64,000 bases of DNA, taken from the NCBI GenBank assembly GCA_016931955.1, contig JAFGDV010000002.1, positions 32,001 through 96,000 of the forward strand. The letters run 5' to 3'. Positions 38,948 through 48,218 of this stretch are shown here, piece by piece. Source of the DNA: Candidatus Altiarchaeota archaeon (GTDB lineage: Archaea; Altiarchaeota; Altiarchaeia; IMC4; QMZM01). Made by a program: the position numbers and the translations under genes. Position 1 is the first letter of the stretch, and each line of letters begins with the position of its first letter. The notes beneath the pieces are model-generated. The model was not told where the DNA came from. It saw only the letters and a list, made by a program, of their open reading frames with translations, and did not search any database.

Positions 38948-39625
38948 ATGACTGAACTATCAAAATTCGAGATCGACGCGATAGCTGAGATAATAAACAT
39001 CGGTGCAGGGCATGCATCCAACGCACTATCCGTGATGACTCGCAAGGACATACACATGAGCTTCCCTGAGGTGAAACTATGTCCGATAGAAAAGATACCC
39101 CAGCTCCTTGGCAATCCCGAGGACCTGGTTGCCGCAGTTTATCTCAAGATCGAGGGCAAGAGTAACAACAAACTCATCCCCGTTGGAAGCCTGATCTTTA
39201 TGTTACAGCATGATAGCGCAGAGGAGCTTGCGGCGCTTTTAGAGAACAGGAAACCGCCTAAAGAGAAGAGTTTCGAACTCGGTGAGATGGATGTATCCGC
39301 ATTAGAGGAGACTGGAAACATCCTCAGCGGTGCTTCATTAACAGCGATAAGCAAGGTCCTTGACATGCAATTGGTCGAGTCACTGCCACATTTCGCACAC
39401 GACATGCTTCAAGCAGTATTGAGTTTCTGTTTGATCGAGCTGGCCCCAAAGGCGACGGATGCGTTGACATTTACGACCGCATTCGAGGTCGAAGGCCACG
39501 AAATAGACGCCTACTTCCTCCTTTTATTAGACCCAGAGAGCTTAGAGCTCCTCAGTAAGAGACTGAGGACACTATTTGAGGATATGCTAGCGGAATACAT
39601 AGAAGAGGAGTACTCAGATGCGTGA
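38948..39625 (+). CDS. cheC: CheC phosphatase (both sites intact)
   Basis: DAIAEIINIGAGH; SALEETGNIL. Confidence 0.92.
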   Translation: MTELSKFEIDAIAEIINIGAGHASNALSVMTRKDIHMSFPEVKLCPIEKIPQLLGNPEDLVAAVYLKIEGKSNNKLIPVGSLIFMLQHDSAEELAALLENRKPPKEKSFELGEMDVSALEETGNILSGASLTAISKVLDMQLVESLPHFAHDMLQAVLSFCLIELAPKATDALTFTTAFEVEGHEIDAYFLLLLDPESLELLSKRLRTLFEDMLAEYIEEEYSDA

Positions 39626-40097
39626 GAAACAAGCATATTTGAACATAGGGGAGGGCAGGGTAGTTAATGAACCGACGATTCTCGAAGCAGTTGGCATAGG
39701 CTCATGCATCGTAATCTGCCTTTATGATAAAGAAAAAAGGGTGGCTGGCATGGTCCATGCCCTATTAGGCAACAATCCGCATGACGAAAAAGCGGATCTG
39801 AATCCCATGAGGTTCGCCGATACTGCTATAGATCTCCTATTAGGGGAGATGGCCGAAAAGGGCTGCCAAAAGGGGAACATAGTCGCGAAGATCTTCGGCG
39901 GGGCTAAACTCTTTACCTTGGAACACATCAACGTGGGCGAAGATAACATATTTGCTGTAAGACAGAAACTCGAAGAGGTTGGAATACCAATAGTAGCTGA
40001 AGACACCGGTGGAAAACACGGCAGGAATATCTGGTTCGACACAGAAAACGGGAAAGTAGTTGTTGGGAGGGTCTTCGGACCCACGTTGGAGTATTAG
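39618..40097 (+). CDS. cheD: chemoreceptor glutamine deamidase CheD
   Basis: GIGSCI, GMVH, KIFGGA, AEDTGGKHGR. Confidence 0.92.
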   Translation: MREKQAYLNIGEGRVVNEPTILEAVGIGSCIVICLYDKEKRVAGMVHALLGNNPHDEKADLNPMRFADTAIDLLLGEMAEKGCQKGNIVAKIFGGAKLFTLEHINVGEDNIFAVRQKLEEVGIPIVAEDTGGKHGRNIWFDTENGKVVVGRVFGPTLEY

Positions 40098-40909
40098 CTA
40101 ACCTTCCTGAATATCCTCTCAGAGAGGCTGACCAGATTGAATTTCTTATGCATTGCCTCATGCATTGTCTCTGTTTTCCCTATTACGAGATAACCCTCCT
40201 TGGCCAGTGAGTCATAGAATGCCTCAAAGATTTCCTTCTGCGTATCCCTTGAGAAGTAGATGAAAACGTTCCTGCAGAATATCACGTCCACATAGTGCTG
40301 AGGCTTTCCGTTTATCAGGTCGCTTTTTTCGAATTTCACCATGGACTTTATGCTGTCCCTTAACCTGTAATAGTCGCAGACCTTGTCGAAGTATTTTTCC
40401 AGTAACTCAACACCAACATTCTTGAGAAGGTCTTTTTCGTATAAGCCTCTCACAGCATCCCCCAGGCACTTTTCATCGATATCTGTCGCCTTTATAGCTA
40501 CTACAAAGTTCTTCATATCATCCCCAAGTAGCTCTTGGAGGATGATTGCTATGCTGTAGGGTTCTTCGCCGGCTGCGCATCCGGCAGACCATATGCTTAT
40601 AACCTTCTTTCCCTCCCTCTTCTTCCTATCAATCAGTTCGGGAAAGATCTCTTCCCTCAATAGATCAAACATCTCCTTGTCCCTGAAAAACTCGGTGAAA
40701 TTGATCGTTAACACATCCACTAGCTTGTCGTATTCCCTCTTGTTGTTTATGAGTAACCTTATGTATTCCCCATATGACTGAACATTATTGACCTTCATCC
40801 GGACGTTGATCCTCCTCTTCAGGGTCGTGTCTTTGTAGTTTTTACAGTTGAAGCCCCTCTCCCTTTGTATCATGTCCTTGAGCAACTCGAAATCGTCTCT
40901 CGTCTCCAT
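40094..40909 (-). CDS. cheR: chemotaxis methyltransferase CheR
   Basis: TINFTEFFRD, WSAGCAAGEEPYS, ATDID, IFCRNVFIYF. Confidence 0.95.
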   Translation of the reverse strand: METRDDFELLKDMIQRERGFNCKNYKDTTLKRRINVRMKVNNVQSYGEYIRLLINNKREYDKLVDVLTINFTEFFRDKEMFDLLREEIFPELIDRKKREGKKVISIWSAGCAAGEEPYSIAIILQELLGDDMKNFVVAIKATDIDEKCLGDAVRGLYEKDLLKNVGVELLEKYFDKVCDYYRLRDSIKSMVKFEKSDLINGKPQHYVDVIFCRNVFIYFSRDTQKEIFEAFYDSLAKEGYLVIGKTETMHEAMHKKFNLVSLSERIFRKVS

Positions 40910-41018
40910 CTTCAAGTAATAAATTTGGCATTCAGGTATTTATCCGTTGAATCGCTGGGGGTAAAAGATATATACTAGTTAATCCAATTAATCTAACAAA
41001 TAGTTTACAGGTGATAAC

Positions 41019-41627
41019 ATGTACGACTTGAATGACTTTCAGAAGGATGCCTTGAAGGAGCTGGGCAGTCTGGGGTCTGGAAAGGCTTCAGCAGCGCTTT
41101 CAACTTTAGTGGATACGGAGGTAAGACTTGACGTACCCTTCGTCGACTTGGTGCCTACTAAGAATGTACCGAACCTCGTCGGAGGACCGAGGAAGCTGGT
41201 CATTGGGACATATTCGACAGTTATCGGCGACGTATCTGGAACGATAGTTGTGGTCTTCCCGATTAAGAGCGCTAGACTGCTCGTCGACATACTGAATAAA
41301 GAGCCATCAGGTACGTGCGAGGTACTGAAACTCAAGGACAGAGACAACATAAGGAAGATTGGGGAAATCCTGTCCTCGGCCTATCTTGAAACACTCGCTG
41401 AGTTTCTGGACATACACGCAACCCACGAAGACCCGAGGATTGTTTCGGCGTTCGGTGAATCGCTCCCGGACTTTGTGCTTTTGAATATTACGGGAGAATA
41501 TGCTCTACTCCTGAAGACCGTATTCAAGATTCCGTCGACGGAGGAGCTTGAAGGTAACTTCGTGCTGCTGTTGACTGCTGAATCGATAGAGAAGCTCCTG
41601 GAAACAATAAAGAGCAAACTCTCCTAA
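41019..41627 (+). CDS. cheC: CheC-family protein (both sites degenerate)
   Basis: DALKELGSLG; DNIRKIGEIL. Confidence 0.8.
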   Translation: MYDLNDFQKDALKELGSLGSGKASAALSTLVDTEVRLDVPFVDLVPTKNVPNLVGGPRKLVIGTYSTVIGDVSGTIVVVFPIKSARLLVDILNKEPSGTCEVLKLKDRDNIRKIGEILSSAYLETLAEFLDIHATHEDPRIVSAFGESLPDFVLLNITGEYALLLKTVFKIPSTEELEGNFVLLLTAESIEKLLETIKSKLS

Positions 41628-41628
41628 A

Positions 41629-42231
41629 ATGCCTCTTGACCTCAAAAAAGAGATTGGAAACAACAAGATTCTGGTCTTAGTCATACCCAATGACACATAC
41701 ACAGAGTGTGTTATAGAATTATCAAAGCAGGTTGGAGGCATTTATGGAAAGACCTGCTACGTCAGCCTGAACAAGCTGTTCACGGCCCTCCTGAACAGCC
41801 TCAAGAATAATGGAGTGAACACCGAGGGTTTCTTCTTCATCGACGCTATAACGAAGTCCGCCCTTCCGGGGGTAGAGAACACATTCAACTGCAATTATAT
41901 ATCCTCCGCTTCCTCACTACAGGAGCTGGCGATAGCGATAAATAACGAATTAAACAAGGAGGACTATGAAGCCTTGATCTTCGACTCCCTGTCCACGCTT
42001 CAGATATACAATAGAGAGGACGTTATCACGGAATTCATAAAGTACATGATGGCCAGGGTCAGGTTGTCTAACTGCGTCGCTATCCTAACCTGCCTTGAAG
42101 GCGACACTGATTCCCAGCTTATAAGAAACCTTGCCATGTTCAGCGACAAGATAATACACATCGAAGCCCACATAATCATGGAAGACACGGAGACGACGGT
42201 AACCTTCGAAGCCAGGGGCTCAACAATCTAA
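41629..42231 (+). CDS. RecA/KaiC-fold protein lacking Walker A (DUF835-like)
   Basis: CYVSLNK, FFFIDA, LIFDSLSTL Walker-B-like, SDKII; no GxxxxGKT. Confidence 0.7.
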   Translation: MPLDLKKEIGNNKILVLVIPNDTYTECVIELSKQVGGIYGKTCYVSLNKLFTALLNSLKNNGVNTEGFFFIDAITKSALPGVENTFNCNYISSASSLQELAIAINNELNKEDYEALIFDSLSTLQIYNREDVITEFIKYMMARVRLSNCVAILTCLEGDTDSQLIRNLAMFSDKIIHIEAHIIMEDTETTVTFEARGSTI

Positions 42232-42240
42232 GGAGCAGGG

Positions 42241-42843
42241 ATGGCACACAACCTAAAACAGGAGATCGGGAAAAACTGGATAATACTTGTGGTGATACCC
42301 CATGAGACCTACCCCGACTGCTCAATTGAAGTATCCAAGCAGATAGAGCGCATGTACCAAAGGATATGTTACGTGAACACTAACAAGCCCTTCACCACCC
42401 TTATGAAGACCTTCAAGGACAAGGGCATAAACACGGAGGGTTTTTTCTTCATTGATATGGTAACTAGATCTGCTTTCCCAGGCGTGAAAGACGGCCCCAT
42501 ATGTAGATACATATCCTCTGAGTCGGCGTTGGACGAGCTTGGCTCAGCAATCAATGAAGAGCTGGATAAGGGGGTATATAAGGCATTGATCTTTGACTCC
42601 CTGTCTTCACTGCTTGTGCACAACGACGAAGACGTTCTCATAAAATTCGTGAAGTTCATTGTGACAAAGATCAGACACTCGGACTGCATCGCTGTTCTTA
42701 AATGCGCTGAGGGGGACATCGACTCAAAGCTTATGAAGAATCTAAGCATGCTCAGCGACAAGATAATACGCCTTAGCACGCACACCGTCATGGGCCTCGA
42801 CGAGACAATAGTGAGCTGCGACCTTCATAAACCCAAGGCCTAA
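42241..42843 (+). CDS. tandem paralog, RecA/KaiC-fold protein lacking Walker A
   Basis: CYVNTNKP, FFFIDM, LIFDSLSSL, SDKII. Confidence 0.7.
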   Translation: MAHNLKQEIGKNWIILVVIPHETYPDCSIEVSKQIERMYQRICYVNTNKPFTTLMKTFKDKGINTEGFFFIDMVTRSAFPGVKDGPICRYISSESALDELGSAINEELDKGVYKALIFDSLSSLLVHNDEDVLIKFVKFIVTKIRHSDCIAVLKCAEGDIDSKLMKNLSMLSDKIIRLSTHTVMGLDETIVSCDLHKPKA

Positions 42844-44720
42844 CATCCCAGTATCTTCTTCTCATTCAACGGCTTCTTCTGCAGTACATCCTCAAAATAG
42901 CATCTCAGGAGTTCGGCGACAGAGCACGCGTAGGATATGCACCCCCTTGGAGTGAACGGCGGCTCGCCCTCCAGGAATTCCGATACAGTGCCCAGACCTG
43001 CGTTGTTCAGGTGCTGGACAAGTATCTGCTCCATGAGCTCCTTGACCCTCAGCCGGCTCCCATACAACCTAGTATGTGCCTTGACATAGGGACCGAAAAA
43101 CCAAGGCCATACACCCCCATTATATGGAGACCCTTTATCGTATCTGGGATCCTCTGGACTCAGGGTCCTTAAACCGAATGGAGTCAGTAGCTCACTTTCA
43201 ACAGCTGACATGATCTTACCTGCGATGGTGTCGTCAACGAGACGATAGTCCAGAGACAACAGTATCACCTGATTGGGGCGGAGCGCGTCGTCGTCGATAG
43301 AGTCCTTAAGATATCTGCCATTCCAGTAGGTTTCCATGAATTTCTTCTCAATCCGCTTGCATGTGGACTTATAGGCTTCAGCATCATCGTCCATGATCCC
43401 AGAAAAATGCTCCATTATCTTCAGCGCATTATACCATAGGCCTTGGGCTTCCACGGCGTTTTTCCTCCCAGATTTCATCCAGGTTCCGCCTTCGTGTGCG
43501 AGGATGCCTTCCCTCTCCCTCTCTCCAAGGTTGCTCATGATGTCTTTAAGAACCCACCAGTAGGTGTGCAAAAAACTCCTGCTTTCATCTATTCCAACGT
43601 ACTTAATGTACTGGTGTATTCTGTCAACAAGCCACAGGCTGGTGTCTATGTCTTTGTAGAGGGGCTCTCCTTTAGAGAATTCACTTGGTATGCCCTTGTT
43701 CGTTGCCAGATTCAGGAAACGCTCTAATATATCCTCAGCATCCACGTGTCTGCCTTTTATGAGGGTCAGCCCTGGGAGGGAGATCATGGCATCCCTCCCC
43801 CTCTCCCCATAGCATGGATAACCTGCTATTATGGTCTTCTTCAGGCCAGCATCAACTATGAACGAGTCCGCTACACTGAGGAGGGAGAATATCGAAGCAC
43901 CTCTCCCACTTGAGAGGATCCTTCTGGTACCATGTCCTCCCAGCAGCCCCTTCAACACCTGTGCCGTCTCGTTCTCTGTTGGGTAGGCTACCACCACAAC
44001 CGTCAATTCCTGGGTCGTGTCCGGCTCAACCTTTAGGGATAGGTATGCTGGACAACAACAATATTCCTCTGAACTTTCCTTCGAGTGGAACAACCTATTC
44101 CACCGTGATTTTTCGGGTGTTTCCAAGAATTCTCCGTTATCCGACCTCAAAGCCACATATCCATTGTTTAAATTGATGCCCACTATATTTTTGGTGAAGA
44201 ACCTCGGTGTTGACTCCATATTCTTCTCAGATAATTCCCAGATGCCCCTTGAGTTCAGCAGAGGCTTTACGGTTAATACCACATCCAGTTCTGAGTTGTT
44301 TTCTATGGAGTACACCACCACTAGGGAATTATTATCTGGGAGGGGGGTTATCTGTTTGTCTACGTAGACCCCCTTAGCCTTGTAGTAGAATGAAACTGAT
44401 TCGTAGCTGAAGTCGAACCTGTTCAGGTATCTATAACCTTCTGTTATCTCCCCTTGAGGGTATTCATTCACCGAAAGCTCGATTACCGTTTTTCCTAGGG
44501 AGAGTTCATCGTCCAGCTTCTGTAGGTATAGCATCCTCTTGAGATTCCTGCATCCGGAAACGAGGAGGCCGTGGAATCTGCTGGTATTCAATCCGATCGA
44601 TGTCGTGGAGGAATAACCCCCCAGCTTGTTCGTTATAACCCATTCAAGCCCCTTTGATTTTTCTATGCTGAGCTGGTTTGGGTTGAAGGACGCGAAGGGG
44701 AATGCTTTCCTGGAGCCCAT
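42840..44720 (-). CDS. amylo-alpha-1,6-glucosidase (archaeal glycogen debranching enzyme family)
   Basis: EWVITNKLGGY, IIAGYP..GRDAMISLPG, RPNQ, GLRTL, YNGGVWPW, SVAE. Confidence 0.88.
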   Translation of the reverse strand: MGSRKAFPFASFNPNQLSIEKSKGLEWVITNKLGGYSSTTSIGLNTSRFHGLLVSGCRNLKRMLYLQKLDDELSLGKTVIELSVNEYPQGEITEGYRYLNRFDFSYESVSFYYKAKGVYVDKQITPLPDNNSLVVVYSIENNSELDVVLTVKPLLNSRGIWELSEKNMESTPRFFTKNIVGINLNNGYVALRSDNGEFLETPEKSRWNRLFHSKESSEEYCCCPAYLSLKVEPDTTQELTVVVVAYPTENETAQVLKGLLGGHGTRRILSSGRGASIFSLLSVADSFIVDAGLKKTIIAGYPCYGERGRDAMISLPGLTLIKGRHVDAEDILERFLNLATNKGIPSEFSKGEPLYKDIDTSLWLVDRIHQYIKYVGIDESRSFLHTYWWVLKDIMSNLGEREREGILAHEGGTWMKSGRKNAVEAQGLWYNALKIMEHFSGIMDDDAEAYKSTCKRIEKKFMETYWNGRYLKDSIDDDALRPNQVILLSLDYRLVDDTIAGKIMSAVESELLTPFGLRTLSPEDPRYDKGSPYNGGVWPWFFGPYVKAHTRLYGSRLRVKELMEQILVQHLNNAGLGTVSEFLEGEPPFTPRGCISYACSVAELLRCYFEDVLQKKPLNEKKILGC

Positions 44721-44755
44721 CTCATCTAATTATTTCACTCGCTTCGTTAAAAGGC

Positions 44756-45760
44756 TCAGGGCAGCTTGGATATCACGTAATCCGTGAATTCTGAAAGCCT
44801 GGCCTTCCCCCCAAGATCATAGGTCAGTTTCTTTCCTTCCAGGAATGCTTCGTCGAGCGCCTTTGTTATCGCATCTGCTGCCTTTTTTTCGCCCAGATGC
44901 TTCAGCATCAAAATCCCGGAGAGGATTGTCGCCGTAGGATTCACCTTATCCATTCCAGCATATTTTGGAGCGGAGCCGTGCACTGGCTCGAATACGGCTA
45001 TTTCTTCGCCGATGTTCGCCCCGGGTGCGATGCCTAGTCCGCCGACCAAGCCGGCGCATAGGTCTGATAGTATGTCCCCGAACATGTTCGTCGTGACAAT
45101 CACGTCATATAGTTCTGGTTTCACTACGAGCTGCATGCTCATGTTGTCTATTATCCTGTCCTCGAATTCTATCCCTTGATAGCTTTCCGCTATTCTCCTT
45201 GCAGCTTCCAGGAATATTCCATCCGTTACCTTCATTATGTTGGCTTTATGTACGCATGTTACCTTCTTTCTTTTTTCTCTTTCAGCGTACTCGAATGCGA
45301 ACCTCGCTATCCTCTCAGAGGCCTTCTTGGTTATCCTCCTTATCGTTTCTCCTGAACTCTTGTCCTCTGATGTGTATTTTTCTATTCCAGCATACAGTCC
45401 TTCGGTGTTCTCTCTCACAATAACCAGGTCGATATTCTCATATCTTGTCCGGATTCCCTTGAAGGACTTCGCAGGTCGCAGGTTAGCATATAGGTCCAGT
45501 TCTTTTCTGAGCGCGACGTTAACGCTCCTGAATCCCGATGCTATTGGAGTCGTTATCGGACCCTTTAAAGCTACCTTGTTCTTCCTGATGGACTCGAGCA
45601 CTTGCTCAGGTAGGGGTGTTCCCTCCCTCTCCATCACTCCAGCGCCTGCGTCAACCTTCTCGTATTTTATCTTCACGCCCGCTGCTTCCATAACCTTGAC
45701 GCATGAGTCCGTGACCTCCGGACCTATCCCGTCGCCAGGTATTAGAGTGACCTTGTGCAT
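44756..45760 (-). CDS. isocitrate/isopropylmalate dehydrogenase family
   Basis: [41 protein letters not shown]. Confidence 0.93.
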   Translation of the reverse strand: MHKVTLIPGDGIGPEVTDSCVKVMEAAGVKIKYEKVDAGAGVMEREGTPLPEQVLESIRKNKVALKGPITTPIASGFRSVNVALRKELDLYANLRPAKSFKGIRTRYENIDLVIVRENTEGLYAGIEKYTSEDKSSGETIRRITKKASERIARFAFEYAEREKRKKVTCVHKANIMKVTDGIFLEAARRIAESYQGIEFEDRIIDNMSMQLVVKPELYDVIVTTNMFGDILSDLCAGLVGGLGIAPGANIGEEIAVFEPVHGSAPKYAGMDKVNPTATILSGILMLKHLGEKKAADAITKALDEAFLEGKKLTYDLGGKARLSEFTDYVISKLP

Positions 45761-45973
45761 TTTATCGATTCACGTAAGTAATATATTGTTTTGCTTATTT
45801 AATTCCAAAACCGTTGGTCTGCTTAAAGCCCCATATTGCTCCCAGTACATGGGGGATAGTCCTCAAAAAAAAAAGCAAAGGATTTTATACTTGAAGAGTA
45901 AAAAATATTTAGAGATATTGGTTAATGTTATTTAGATATCTGGATATACACAAATGATAAGGAGGGCTATAAG

Positions 45974-46858
45974 ATGACAGAAGCTGAAAATCAATCCGCT
46001 ACATACGCTTTTTCTATTACAGTATTGACTAGGGCAATGGAGGCTGGGGAGGAGGTTATGGGTTCCGGTGCTACTGTTTTATTACGTAGATTCGGTAAAC
46101 CCGTCAGCAGGATTCTATTGGGTAGTGAACGCTTTGAGAGGAGTGGAACAGTCGATCTGCAGAAAGCAGCTGAGGAAGCTAAGAGGGGCATATCTGACAT
46201 AAAGACCTTCGGGGATACGGAGATACAAAGTGCTGGAGGGGATGTTGTTTCACTTATACAGAAGGGTTGTTTAAGGCGGATTGAGGAATACGGAAAGAAT
46301 CCTGGGGGGATGAAGTCGTGTATCCTCTGCATGGGTTTGATAGAAAGCTTTTTTAGGGATGCTACGGGTAATAGTGCTCTTAGAGCAACACTTGACCGTT
46401 TTGATAACGATAACTGTTATATATCAGTGAAGCAATGGGGTTCTGGAGCAGGTGCTGGTCCGGCTGAAGTGGACGTGGTGGATATTGCCAAGGCTTTTGA
46501 GATATACAACTTCCTACTGAAGACATTCGCTGCGAAAGCTGATGAAAAGGTCTTTGGTGGATCTAAGATGTTCATGCGAGGCCTACAATCCACGCTGACT
46601 GAACTGAAGAGCTCAGAGAGTGGTATGCCAGCAATAGCGATAAAGAATGATTTTTCAGTGGATGCACCCGGCTGTAAGGATTCCAAGAAACTGGCGAAGT
46701 ATATGAATATCGCCATTAAGAGTACGATGAATTCCATTGCAGATGAGCTTAATCCAAAGGTAGTGGATGGTATCGGAGCCTTTTTGGACAAGGAAATACA
46801 CACTAAGTTCAGTGCAGATGCGGAGAAACTCAATATATCAAATGTCTTGAAGGGATAA
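45974..46858 (+). CDS. V4R-like domain protein with helical C-terminal domain
   Basis: Cys pattern GCL...SCILCMGLI...NCYI resembles V4R; RBS GGAGG upstream. Confidence 0.6.
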   Translation: MTEAENQSATYAFSITVLTRAMEAGEEVMGSGATVLLRRFGKPVSRILLGSERFERSGTVDLQKAAEEAKRGISDIKTFGDTEIQSAGGDVVSLIQKGCLRRIEEYGKNPGGMKSCILCMGLIESFFRDATGNSALRATLDRFDNDNCYISVKQWGSGAGAGPAEVDVVDIAKAFEIYNFLLKTFAAKADEKVFGGSKMFMRGLQSTLTELKSSESGMPAIAIKNDFSVDAPGCKDSKKLAKYMNIAIKSTMNSIADELNPKVVDGIGAFLDKEIHTKFSADAEKLNISNVLKG

Positions 46859-46885
46859 AATAAAAAAAATGTGGAGGAAAAAAAA

Positions 46886-47932
46886 ATGGTTGACGCAAAA
46901 ACTAAATTGCTGATATTCTTTGTTGTTGTAGGTATTATACCCGTAGTTGTGATGGGCGGTAGCATGTTTTTAATGATGGGTTACCTTGACTCAAGGATGA
47001 CTGCGGATGCGCAGAGCAAGGTCACAACGTTTTTGGGGATAGCTAATGCTGTCTATAATGAAGAATTAGATGATGTTAAGAGGACTGCAGTTGCTGCCAG
47101 CTTGCAGGATAGTGTGGGTAGTTCTCTGAGAACGGGCACAGTTGCAGCAGATTTGCAGCCTTTGTTAGATAAGATGGTCGATGAGTCGGAGATAGATCAA
47201 CTGACTGTTGTTGATAAGAGTGGAAGGGTCATCATAAGGGCAACCACAGATGCCAAGGGGGATGATATGTCTTCAAAGCCCTGGATTACGGCAGCATTGA
47301 AGGGGCAAACCCTCTTATTTACAAGGATTACTCCGGAGGCTGAGCTTGCATTAGACGGTCTCACAGAGCAGGCGCGCTTGGATTTTGTAGAAAGCCCAAC
47401 TGCGAAGCCGACAACCAAAACAGTAGAGAAAGATGGTATGGTACTCACCGCTGTTACGCCTGTGATGGATGATTCAGGAAATGTTATCGGAGCTGTTGTA
47501 GCGAGTAATCTGCTGACAAAGAACTATGAGATCGTAGATAAGGCAAAGGCAGTCTATGGAGAGAAGGGAGGCCCGACGGTTACGATATTCCAAAGCGATC
47601 TTAGGATCTCAACGAATGTTATGAGGGAAGGCAAGCGAGCGATTGGTACACGGGTTTCTGCGGAAGTGTATGATCAGGTCTTGGGTAAGGGCCAGACCTA
47701 TGTGGGACGCGCATTCGTCGTTAACGACTGGTATATAACAGCATATGAGCCAATAAAGGACGTTGAGGGAAATATCATTGGTATACTGTATGTTGGTCTG
47801 CTTGAGAGCGAGGTTAAATCAGAGATTTCGTCGTTCCTCAACTCAGCCATATTTATGAGGCTGATCATTGGTGCAGTGATTGCGATAGTTTCAGCCCTCG
47901 TTGTAATGCAGGTTTATCTGAGGAGTCTTTGA
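46886..47932 (+). CDS. 2-TM Cache-domain sensor without cytoplasmic output domain
   Basis: TM1, Cache motif TIFQSDLRISTNV..RAIGT..GRAFVVNDWYITAYEPI..GILYVG, TM2, then stop (YLRSL*). Confidence 0.85.
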   Translation: MVDAKTKLLIFFVVVGIIPVVVMGGSMFLMMGYLDSRMTADAQSKVTTFLGIANAVYNEELDDVKRTAVAASLQDSVGSSLRTGTVAADLQPLLDKMVDESEIDQLTVVDKSGRVIIRATTDAKGDDMSSKPWITAALKGQTLLFTRITPEAELALDGLTEQARLDFVESPTAKPTTKTVEKDGMVLTAVTPVMDDSGNVIGAVVASNLLTKNYEIVDKAKAVYGEKGGPTVTIFQSDLRISTNVMREGKRAIGTRVSAEVYDQVLGKGQTYVGRAFVVNDWYITAYEPIKDVEGNIIGILYVGLLESEVKSEISSFLNSAIFMRLIIGAVIAIVSALVVMQVYLRSL

Positions 47933-47946
47933 TCCAGGTAAAAAAA

Positions 47947-48207
47947 ATGAACGAAGAATTTGATTTCAGAGGGAAGATAGATCCAATGCTTACAGTGGAG
48001 ACGATAAAGAAGGTTAAAGAGTACAGGGCTAAGCTGGACAGCGGCGAAATAAAGGAGGAGGTTGTCCTTTCCTTTACTATCGACCATCAACCTGCGACGA
48101 GAAGCATTCCAGACACCCTGTCTAAGACGGGTCTCGGAGATTATAGGATATTGAGGGCGAAGGATAAGCAATTATGGAAGATCGTGGTAACGTTAAAGAA
48201 AACATAG
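47947..48207 (+). CDS. TusA/SirA-like protein lacking the persulfide Cys
   Basis: FDFRGKIDPML vs DxRGxxCPxP; DHQPATRSIP; WKIVV C-terminal strand. Confidence 0.65.
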   Translation: MNEEFDFRGKIDPMLTVETIKKVKEYRAKLDSGEIKEEVVLSFTIDHQPATRSIPDTLSKTGLGDYRILRAKDKQLWKIVVTLKKT

Positions 48208-48218
48208 GAGGTAAAAAA

